This document shows, piece by piece, positions 53,728 to 64,000 of a DNA stretch of 64,000 bases. The DNA is from Cenococcum geophilum. Taxonomy: Eukaryota. The notes beneath the pieces are model-generated. The model worked only from the letters and a program-made list of their open reading frames with translations. It was not told the DNA's origin and made no database searches. The stretch's first letter is position 1. Each line of letters opens with the position of its first letter. A program made the translations under genes and the position numbers. Location of the stretch: contig CP158635.1 of NCBI GenBank assembly GCA_050273025.1, positions 1,612,001 to 1,676,000 on the forward strand, in the 5' to 3' direction.

Positions 53728-53947
53728 GTATAAGGGGACTTTATAAATAGGGTACTATAAGGACGCAATTGTGGAATAGAATAGATTAGTAAAAGAGACG
53801 AATCCTTAAGGAGGTAAGGCCTTTAGGATTGTAGAGACTATATACTATGGGTATATGCCTTTAGTATGTAACTAGCGACTATCTAAAGAGTATCTGGAGG
53901 TTGTCCTAAGGGCAACCTAAGGTAGCTGCAATAATATCCCTTATATT
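53728..53947 (+). repeat. Inverted, diverged copy of 53064-53265 plus 53464-53483
   Basis: For example gagacgaatccttaaggaggta at ~53796 versus tacctccttaaggattcgtctc at ~53196. Confidence 0.88.
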
Positions 53948-54360
53948 GCCCCTCTTTCTTATAGTTAGCCCCTAATTGCTATTACCTTACAATAGAGGGA
54001 GATTATAAAGGCTTGTTCTAAAGGGGGTTTAGAGAGATATTAGTATACCGCTATATATTATCTATCTATTTAGCCCCTACTTTAAACTCCTAAAAAACCT
54101 TAGTAAGAAAAAAACGTAACTAGAGAAAAGATATAATAATTACTAAAAACCCTATTAGAAGCCTACTAAAAGCCTACTAGTAACTGCCTAGGTTAACCTA
54201 TGGATTTTTATATAACTTTATATCTAAGCCTTTATACTAGTCTATAATTAATCGCAAGTATTATAAGTAATTTAGTGTTCCTAATATAGTTCCGTAGAAC
54301 TATTTAGTATATAGCTTAATATATAGGGCCTTAGCTTACCGTCGTCTTTAACTATTAAGA

Positions 54361-54396
54361 TATAATCTATAATCTATAATCTATAATCTATAATCT
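54361..54396. repeat. (tataatc)x5 microsatellite
   Basis: Directly visible. Confidence 0.9.
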
Positions 54397-54645
54397 TTTT
54401 TATAATCCTCTGCGTTACTAATATATAATTTTTATATTTGCCCTTAGGCTATTAAATATAGTTTAGGTATTAATTAGTTAATTAAAGAGACTTATCTCTT
54501 AAGATTTAGCATATATGCTTTTAAATCTAGTAGTCCTATACTATATATTTAGCGTAGCTCTACTGTCTAGTAAATAGGAGGGATACTTTATAATAGCACC
54601 TATAGCTATTGTATAATTATTAAGAACGTTTATAATATTATTTAT

Positions 54646-56287
54646 TGTAAGCTTTGCAGTGCGAAGAATTGAATGAACGACTTAATTGTAAATCTATGGA
54701 AATCAAAGTGGTATAAATACATGAAAGTAGACCCCGAACTCCGAAGCCCATGACTCATTTCCAACGTATCTGAGACATACGAGGGTAGTGCTGACGCAGG
54801 TGAAACAGGGTAATATGCAAGGTCCGGTAGTCGGTTACACACCCCCCCAGATTTGACGGTGTAGTCAAAGCTGTAGAAGACAAATGAAGGTAGAAAACTG
54901 TACTAAAAATAGGAAATTTAGATACAGATTAGGAGTGGTAAAGCTTAATTCGATTCGCTAATGGGCCGATATCAATGCTCTGGTGACGTTAAGACGTCAA
55001 GTTTAGTGACGTTGCGGTCGTCGCAACTGGTGCCGATATAGGCTGTTTAGGAGTCGGTAACTGTTCAGCGTCCTTTATAGGAGGCTCTTCTAAATCGTTT
55101 GATTCAGGGGATACCATTTTAATCTGCATTCGAGGCAGTCAATTAATCCGTGCTCGCGGTAGATCCTTTTGATCCATAGTCAAGGTAGATATTCGATCTG
55201 TGTTTAAGGTAGTCATTTGGGCTATAGCCATATAAGCTATAATCGAGGTAGATCTGGAGGTAGTCACTTAGTAACTCTGGTGACGTTAAGACGTCGAATT
55301 TGGTAACGTTAAGACGTCAAGATTAGTGCCGATGAGGCTGGTGCCGATAAGGCTGGTGCCAATGTAGGCTGGCGTTTCGGAAGGGCGTCTACAGCGTGAT
55401 GGCTGCGACTGGTTGTAGCGGAAGGCGTCTACAGCGTAATAGCTGCGACTGATTGTAGTGTTGGTGCCTCCCCAGGAGGCCTTGATTTGATTTGGTGACA
55501 GGCCTATATTGAGGCTCTGATGTTCGCTAGCTGGTCGTTCGAACGGTTGTCTGGTTTTGGCGACGGTCCTCTGCTGGCTGCCGTCGGTCTAGTGCCTTCC
55601 TTGTGTCTACCCAGTATCCTTGTCTCTCACCATCAGTATATCCAAGCTAGCTTCTGCTCTGGCTCCGTGCTCTGGCATCTCGCTCTGGCTCTATGCTCGG
55701 GCATCTCGCTCTGGCTAGGCTCTCACTTAGACGCCATATAAGGTCGTTACGCTGTGGTGGGTAGGTCGATTTTGTTGATTGATTGTATATCTGGGTTGAA
55801 GGAGGTTAGGGTTCGTACGGTCGTAGGTCGTACGGTCGGTCGGGTTCGGCTCGATCGATGTTCGATGTATTCGATGTTCGACGTAATCGATGTTCGATTT
55901 GATCGATGTTCTATCGTCCGTCCGTTTGGTAAATGAAGGTAATCACGAGTACAAGAGAGGTACCCGGAAGAAGCTCGAGACACTTGCAAAGGTAGAAGAA
56001 GTAGTGACTTCTTGAACGAGGTAGCAATTGATTGCTTAGTAAGCGCTGAACGTACAGATCAGATGCAGTACGGTAGGCAGGCCGGGCTCATAACTGTAAG
56101 CTTTGCAGTGCGAAGAATTGAATGAACGACTTAATTGTAAATCTATAGAAATCAAGTGGTATAAATACATGAAAGTAGACCCCGAATTCCGAAGCCCATG
56201 ACTCATTTCAAACGTATCCGAGACATACGAGGGTAGTGCTGACGCAGGTGAAACAGGGTAATATGCAAGGTCCCGTAGTCGGTTACA
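54646..56287 (-). mobile_element. H: 1.64-kb non-autonomous Copia-derived LTR element (TRIM/LARD-like), almost un-RIPed
   Basis: LTRs 54646-54839 and 56095-56287, exact TSD tttat, PPT (cacccccccag on + at 54840) and PBS shared with G, no pol motifs. Confidence 0.93.
56083..56094 (-). promoter_or_regulatory. PBS gttatgagcccg, complementary to the tRNA-iMet anticodon arm (half-tRNA priming type)
   Basis: Immediately internal to the 5' LTR; resembles the Ty5/copia-type GGTTATGRGCCC PBS. RIPed equivalent in G at 62262-62273. Confidence 0.8.
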
Positions 56288-56384
56288 TTTATTAATACCA
56301 TAGTATTGTTTTAGGTATAATTTAATCTATATATATCTTTAATTAACGTCTTAATTACTTCCCCTAGCTGCGTAATTGGTTTTA

Positions 56385-57001
56385 TAAGGCAGTAATAGCC
56401 AGATAGCTTATATAAGTATTTTCTTTCTTTTAAATTACGCTATTATAATAGAGTTATATTAGTAAGGTTGCGGCTATTTACTAGAAGGGTATTAGACGGT
56501 AAAGTATAAAGACACCTTACTTATTAAGCTTAATCCTTTGCCTTAATACCTTACTTCCCATTATTAACAGTTGTCTAATTTAGACGTATCTTTAATACAT
56601 TATTAAGATTTTCTTCTTTTTTATTATTAATTTAATATACCTCTCTAACCCCCTACTAACCTATAACTAGTACTAGTCCTATCTAAATAATTTTGCCTAT
56701 ACGTCTTTAAAAGACTAGAAATCTAATAATAGGATTTTAGAGGCTTATAATAAAACCTACTATATAAGGTCTAATACCTTTAGTTTTTGTAATTAATATA
56801 TATATACTAAAAGCGGCGGTTATATTAATGTAAGCTTTTCTATCCTTAATAGATTTCTATTACTAACTTAAGCTTTAATAGCCTAGGCCTAAGTAGCGAC
56901 GTTTCTTTAATGTCCTTAACTACTATATTCCCTAGGCTCTTTCCTATTTAAGCGCTAATACTAAATATATAGGTTAAATTTAAGATTATACTATAGCCAT
57001 C
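56385..57001 (-). mobile_element. Gypsy family F, copy F2, segment 1 (left boundary uncertain)
   Basis: Homologous to 44050-44742. Confidence 0.82.
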
Positions 57002-60000
57002 TGTAAGCTTTTGCAGTAGTGGAAATAAATAAGTAATATGATTGTAAATGTAGCTCTAGAGCCTCTCTATATACACGAGGAAGGTATAGGTAATAAGATG
57101 AAAGGGGAGACTACTACGTAACTAAAACAGCGTGATATGTAAGTGATACATAGTCGATACGTAGGCGATACGCAGGTGATACGCAGGTGTTTTAGTATAG
57201 TATTAGTAGTCGGTTATACACCCCCCTAGATTTGACGGTGTAGTTAAAGCTGTAGAAAAATGAAGGTTAAAACTATATTAAAATAGGAAATTTAGATACA
57301 ATTTGGGAGTAGTAAAAGGATAGGGTAACTGTAACGGATATTGCGAATATCGAGGATATTATAGATATTGCGAATTAATTGATCTGATGTCGAATGTCTA
57401 CTAAATTTAACTGCTGTATCCATGCTTCGTGCTTTTAACGAGGTAAGATTTTAGTAATGCCATAAGTAGGCATTTTGTCTGTAGGAACCCATTATACGTT
57501 AATCTTTTTGTCTTAGACTTTCTGTCTTAGCTAGTGCTAATAGACGTTAATATGTCGAAGCTTGGTATTAAGCTTTGGTATATCCTGTCTTAGGAGTTAT
57601 ACGGTCTGCATCTTATCGCAAAGTACGGTAAATTCACGTTCTAAGTTAAAGCAAATTGCCTTAAAGAATCGTTGCTACTAAATGACCTTAACAGCAGCAG
57701 TAGACAGGGAGAGAAGTTTTGCTTCGATAGTTAAATAAGTCATTAATTGCTATAGGGTTACCTTCTAATTAATTAGCCCTCTAAATAGTATAAATAGGTA
57801 TCCTTAAGAGCTCTGTCTAGTCTCTTTATAGTCCGTAAATACTACGTCTAATGCTCTGTAAAAGGTAATATCTTCTCCTTTAGGGTTTCTAAAGTAGATA
57901 TATGCCCCAAATGCTTCGCTAGAGTATTTAATAGCTATCGATTTTGTTCTAGGGCAGTAGGTAATTACTTAGTTTACTATATTAAGGTGCTTTTAATTTA
58001 GATTAGTAACGAATTCGGCCAGCTTAGAATGCGTCTTAGTAATATTAGGTCTTCTAAATACGGCCAGGTATATAAAAGAACTAACCCGTTACTAATAGGC
58101 TAGTGTTCTTTAAGGGTTTGTCTACTAGTCGGACGGAATTAGTTCTTTAGCAGGAAGTAGTAACTTAGGAAATCTTCCTAGTAGTTAAATATTGAATTAA
58201 TTGGCTATCTTTTCGATATAGGAATCTTAGCAGAGCCAGAGCTTTTAACTTAGTCAATCCCGTTTAATTTAAATTTTTAGGAACTATTTAAGGTCTCCTA
58301 GTGCACGGATCTTGTATCGATGTAGTAGTTTAGCTTTAAATTCTTCTAGTCTTAAAAGGTCCTTTTTAGTAAATAGAACGGCAATATTGTCTACATAGAA
58401 GAAGATAATAAGTCGTCTATTAGTGTATAGGCAGTTAGTACCTAGAATAGGCTTTAATCCAAATTCGGCCAGTGTATTAGTAAGCTCTTTATACCATAGT
58501 AGCGGTGATATTTTTAATCTATATAGCGCTGTAAGTAGCTCTAGGATATATCTATCTTAACTAAATCCTTCTAGGTAGTAGCAGTAGACTATTTTACTAA
58601 GCTTAGCGTTTATAAATACATTTACGGCGTTATACTATTAAATTTCTAAATTAAACGCGGCCGTTATAGCTATGAGGGCACGGAATATTTAAGCAGCTAG
58701 AGTTACTGCATAGGTCTCTTCTTTAGTAATCTATAGGTCTTCGCGGATATATAGTTAAGCTTTTAGCTTTTGAAGATAACCATCGCTATTAAGCTTATAT
58801 TTAAAGACCTATTTTAGTAGTAGAATCTGCTCGTTGCTTGCTTCTTCTTTTAGTACGATTTTAAATGTCCCTTAGCGTTTTAGGTTATTGTATTCTTTTT
58901 CTATAGCCTTTTAGAAGCCAGTAGTTAATGGATGTTTTCTTAGCTCCTTAAGGTTCTTTAGTTTAGGAGGAAGATTATCCCAATATAGAGATAATAATCT
59001 AGTTCGGTCGATGTCCTTTACTAGTCCTATAGTAAAGCCAGCGTAGTAACCAAATAGGGTGGATAGATTGGCTAGTGCTACTGCATATGCTTAACGTTAA
59101 ATTCGTTTAGATCCTTCTAGTAGGATAAGGTCGGTAGAAGGTTTAGCCAAGACTTCATTAGCTCGTGGAGCTGTATTTAACAGTTCTAGTAAACTGCTTA
59201 GCTAAGTAGGAATTACTTTAATTATATCTAAGACATCGTCTTAAAGTCCTCCTGATGTAGTGTTTATTTCTAGTAGATTTAGAGATACTGTTTTACTAGG
59301 AGTTAGTAGCTGCTCAATATCCTTTATAAGAGGCTCTGCCGAATTATACGATTCTGGTATAGTCGTTTAATTTGCATTTAAGGTAGATCTTTAATTAACT
59401 GTGTATAGGGTAGATTTATCCTTAAATTTATTATTAAGAGGCTCTAGTAGACTAATTGTCTATAGGGTGTCCTCCAATACTTCCTTTAGCAAGTAGTTAA
59501 TGTTCTAACCCTTAGGGTTATAGAACGAGGTTTCGTTAAATATAACGTCTTTAGTTTAAATAACCTTGTAGAGGCTTAGAATCTATATACGGTAGATATT
59601 ATTTAAATTATAGCCAACTAGGTGTTTAATCGATGCATAAGGAGCTGGCTTATCTCCCTTTTTAACTCGTTTATTTAGTATATAGATCTTGCAGCCGTAT
59701 ATATATATATAGGTAAGTAATAACGGCTTGCTGTAGGCAATCTTATATAGAGTTTTCTACCCTAGCTACTTATTTGGGGTTCAATTAAGTATATAGCTAG
59801 TAGTAAGGAAAGCTTCTAGTCCTAAAGCTAGGGGTAAGGATGCTTCTAGCTATATAGCCCTTAATCGTTCTATAAGGGTTTATCTAGATCGTTTAGCTCT
59901 ATTATTTTATTCCTTAGTATATAGTACTCAGCATTTAAAGGTAATGCCTTTATCCGCACACTACGTCTATAGAGTATCTCCTGTCTATCTAAAAGCTTAT

Positions 60001-62490
60001 TTATTATTACTCCAGAAGAAGATAACGTCTTAGTGGAATTATAATTTAATTAATTAATATATCTTACGAATAGTAGGTAGGACGGTAGCTTTATCCTTAT
60101 TCTTAGTAGTATATATAAATTTTAATTTAGAATACGTGTAGTAGAAATGCATAATATATTTATCGCCGTTATAGTCTAGTTCTCTAAGGCTAATAATATT
60201 AAATGCGAGCCGTTTAAATGGTTAAGTGGCTAGAAATTTATATTCTCGTCTTTAAGAGATCTACTGTGTATGCTTTGCTAATAAGTAAACTTTACATTTA
60301 ACTTTAAGCGGTGCTCGTTTGTTAATTAGCTCTTTAAGCTCTACGCTATTAATATACTTAGGAAGCTGCTTAATAGCGTTAGGTCCTATATAGCCAAGTA
60401 TTTTATACCATTTTATAGCTATAGCTCCGACTGGTTTACGGGCCATTCTACTTAGTTAATATCTTCTTATTAAGAAGGTTAATTGGGTTATTAAATCTAG
60501 GGTATCCGTAGGCGTAGGATCTCTATATATTAGCGCTTAGTGGCCCCCTAATCATTTTGTATAGCATACTATTTCGCCAGTTACTAAACGGTATAGTAAG
60601 TTTCATCCTAAGTCGAAATAGATATCGTTATTAGTAGCTCTTAAAAGTGCTACAATATTTATAAATATGGTGGATACTAATGCTATATAGGATAGCTTCA
60701 TCTTCTAGCTCCCAGTAGGTGTATTAATAGTAATAGTTACTATTCTATAAGCTTAAATCTTTTCGGAAATTTCCGCCAGTAATTAGATAGTCGTCTTTTA
60801 CTACTAGGTATAAGAAGATAAAGTCTTCTTTATTATTATAGACGTGTATATCTACGCTAGGGTTAAGTATCTAGGTGTTCTAAAGTTTAAATAGAATTTA
60901 ACCAATACTAAACATAGTAGCATAGCTAGTTAGTATCTTAGAAGGTGGGGTTTTAGAATTAAAATTAATTGTGGATTCTGTGCTCTTTTAATTGTCCTTT
61001 TTTACCCCTTTTTTTCAATCTGTTTAACGATGCATTTAATCCAAGGTATAGATAAGATCTTTTTATCTACTTCCTTTTGGACGTCTAGGTTTGGTTTCTA
61101 TTCTTAAGGGCGCTTATACTTAGCAATGTAGTAGCAGTCGCCGAATTAATATACGAGGCCGCACACGTATATCTTATTCCACTTAGAATTAAAATTAGAA
61201 TTGCCATTAGAATCTAAATTAGAACTTAAATTGCCTTATAGGGTTGCAAATGCAGAGCTATTAGTAGTGGTAGCAGAGGATACCACTTACTACATACGGT
61301 AGTGCTCCTTAAATTCCTCAATCAGTTCGACAATAGATAGTACATCTTCACTCTTCCGTTTCTTACGAATAAGGTCTACTTCTAGGACTCTTATAAAGCT
61401 AGAAGAGATAGGCTTAATAGCTTAAACGAAATTATAGTGTGGCCTAAATCCCTATACATCTAGTAGCTCTAATTATTCCATAAGTTTATAGACGTTCCAC
61501 TAGCTATTTAACTATTTATTAATGCTCTGCTTTTTATTATAGGCTTTTAAAGCTGTGTATTAATTAAGGACGTCGTACTTTTAACCTAAGGTGGTAGGGG
61601 CAAGAGCAGTCTTTAGCGCCTATAGCCGTTTATATACCGTATCTAGGCCGTTAATAAGAGGGAGGTAGGCTACCGATGTTAAGCGAACGATATAGTTACT
61701 AATATTGTCTATAGCCTGTTCTCGCTTTTAATATATACATAAGTTATCTTTATATTTAGCGTAGAGCTAATTATAGGCTATAAGCTTAATTTAGTCTAGC
61801 TAAGCTATCAATATAGTATTAGGAAGTACGTCCGCTAGTATAGGTCAATACAGTAGTTCTAGCTTTGGAAGCTTATCTTCTTCTTAAATAGGTTAATATA
61901 CTCCCATACCTTATTAGTTTTAGCTATATCTTAGATAATAAAGAACCATTAAATCTAGTTAAATGGCTGGTTAAGAATAAGGTTAACTTTTAATTTATTT
62001 ATAGTTATTATTTTTAGAATTTATGGGGTTAGACAGGGTCTAATTGGTGTCTTAGCGAAAACCTTATTTTAACATTCCAAACTTTTAATTTAATTCATTA
62101 GTTTATTCGTCAACTGGGTACGATCGTCGTTTAAGGTCAATCGTCCGTTCGTTTAGTAGATAAAGAAGCTTAAAACACTTATAAAGGTAGTAAATTAACT
62201 GCTTAACAGATAGTGCAACAGGTAGTGCAATCTAGGTAATTGCTTAGCAGGTAGTGCGATCCGGGCTTATAACAGTAAGCTTCTGCAGTAGGGGAAATAA
62301 ATAAGCAACTTAATTATAAATATAGCTCTAGAGCCTCTCTATATATACGAGGAAGGTATAGGTAATAAGATAAAAGGGGAGACTACTACGTAACTAAAAC
62401 AGCGTGATACGTAAGTAATATATAGTCGATACGCAGGCGATACGCAGGTAATACGCAGGTGTTTTGGCATAGTATTAGTAGTCAGTTACA
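57002..62490 (-). mobile_element. Copia family G, full length 5.5 kb, RIPed
   Basis: 217-bp LTRs (57002-57218, 62274-62490), TSD ccatc/ctatc. Minus-strand zinc knuckle (~61130-61170), PR WILDPGADIHVCN (~60835-60873), GAG-pre-integrase W.K.LG.IG (60261-60446), RT FFYVD(D) (~58385-58402), RH TKLRHIDV (~57544-57567). Confidence 0.94.
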
Positions 62491-64000
62491 CTATCTATAC
62501 TAGCTATAACTTTTAGTAAGCTAACTAGTAACGCCTAATACGTAAATAAGGCTAGTATACTAAAGATAGGGTAAAAAATAGGGGTAATAAGAAAAAGGTC
62601 GCCGTCTACTATAGGAAGAAGTTTATATATACGCGTTAAGTTTTAAAAGAGTATAATATAATATGGTATTAAGTAGGTTACCCTTTGGGTACCTAGTGGA
62701 TAGGTAATTAATAGTTACTATAGTAAGGTTTTAGTGGTTCTAAACTATACTAACTAGCTAATATCTCTATTTATTCTAGGCTTAAGCGTATCTTTATTAA
62801 CTATAAGCTTACGCCTTAGAAGCTTTATTAATATTAGTCTAGACCTAATATTGGTATTAAGCGTTTAAGAATCTCTACTCTAGCTATACCTTATCGTCCT
62901 ACCCTTATTTTTATGCCTACTTATATTCCTATTAGCTATCCCTTAAAGGGCTAATAGATACTAATCCTAATCCTAAGGATAAGACATAGTGGCTTTTTAG
63001 ATTAGGTATTTAGAATTAATTCTTATATATAATAGCAATTAAAGACCTTAATTAGGTACTTAGAAAGACCTTATAGGGCTTTTAAAAAGGGCTTAAATAC
63101 TTATAAGAATAGTATTCCTAATATAGATTAATAAATAAAAATATAATTCTAGTAAAATGCCCTATTAACTCTATACTATATACGTAAAAAGGCTAAGGAC
63201 TTATCTTACCTTAGGCTGTAGCCCTAATCCTTATAGTTTCTAAAGCCTGTCTATTCCATATCTAATTTAACCTATATACTCTTTAGGGCTTTTTACGGCT
63301 TTCTTTATAGGTCGCGATAATACTATAGTATTAAAGCGCTTTTTATAATTTATAAATTATAGACCTTAGTCCTAATATTCTTTCAAAACATCTTTATAAT
63401 AATTAAGGCAATCCTCTAGTTTCTATATAGAGTCCTTAGTAGCCTAGCCTAGCCACTAAACTTTATATTAAAGCTTGTTCTTAATAGGCTTATAGTATAG
63501 TATAGATTTAACCTTATACCGCTCGCCTACTAGTTTAAGGTATTAAATTAGGCCTAAATAGAAGATTTTCTTCTAGTAATGATCTATGCTATAGCTCTAG
63601 TAGGTTTATATAAAATACTAGATATATATAGGCTATAAATAGGGGCAGCTAGAGATAGTAAGCTAGCTTATTAATTTATTTCTTAACTTAAAAAGGACCT
63701 AGGTATCTTATATTAAGCTTCTTTAATAGTTAATAGGTTTTAATATTTGTTAAACGTAATAGAACCTTGTCGCCTACTCCGAAATACTTATTTTAGTATT
63801 TATAGTTATACTAAAGTCTTTACTACTTTTAGGCATTTTATAGACTCTGCCTTATATCCTTTTATTACTCCTTTCATTCCTAGAGGTATTCTTATACTCT
63901 TTAGTAGATATCCTTAAACTTCTTAGTAGGATCTTATAATTAATTATACGGCCTAAGCTAGTAATTACTAGGTATACTATTAAACCTAAACAGCTAGATA
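62491..64000 (-). mobile_element. Gypsy F2 segment 2 (3' region, chromodomain, integrase C-terminus; continues beyond window)
   Basis: Homologous to 44738-46295, with GPF and chromodomain motifs at ~63410-63705. Confidence 0.85.

Noticed and set aside
53948..54640. Possible LTR of family F between F1 and F2
   Set aside because: No partner repeat, termini or TSD identifiable in the window; left unannotated.
54642..55989. Short ORFs in GC-balanced element H as host genes
   Set aside because: They overlap LTR or low-complexity repeats on both strands, show no recognisable domain, and the region is bounded by LTRs and a TSD.

Overview
This window is gene-free, AT-rich DNA from a filamentous ascomycete (inferred), made almost entirely of nested retrotransposons degraded by repeat-induced point mutation (RIP). 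Copies of the same family differ almost only by C>T / G>A transitions, and TpA is strongly enriched. I found no intact host gene or RNA gene; the ORF-track hits are RIP-broken TE fragments or antisense noise. Family labels are my own. LTR termini and target-site duplications (TSDs) resolve the nest. Gypsy F1 hosts Gypsy E, Copia C and a solo LTR. E hosts Gypsy A, Copia B2 and Gypsy D. A hosts a Tad-like LINE and Copia B1, and B1 hosts mini-element N1 and a solo D-LTR. B2 hosts a SINE-like insert and Copia B3. D hosts a second copy of the LINE. Further right are a nearly un-RIPed non-autonomous element H and Gypsy F2, which hosts Copia G, the autonomous relative of H. The most unusual observation is a pair of palindrome modules next to probable CCAAT boxes. 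They recur in the 3' UTRs of otherwise unrelated Copia (B, C, N1) and Gypsy (A, D) elements, once in inverted orientation. Other highlights are a chimeric mini-element keeping a remodelled Gag frame, a SINE-like insert with a LINE-like 3' tail, and AT-hook motifs in both GalEa-like Copia families.
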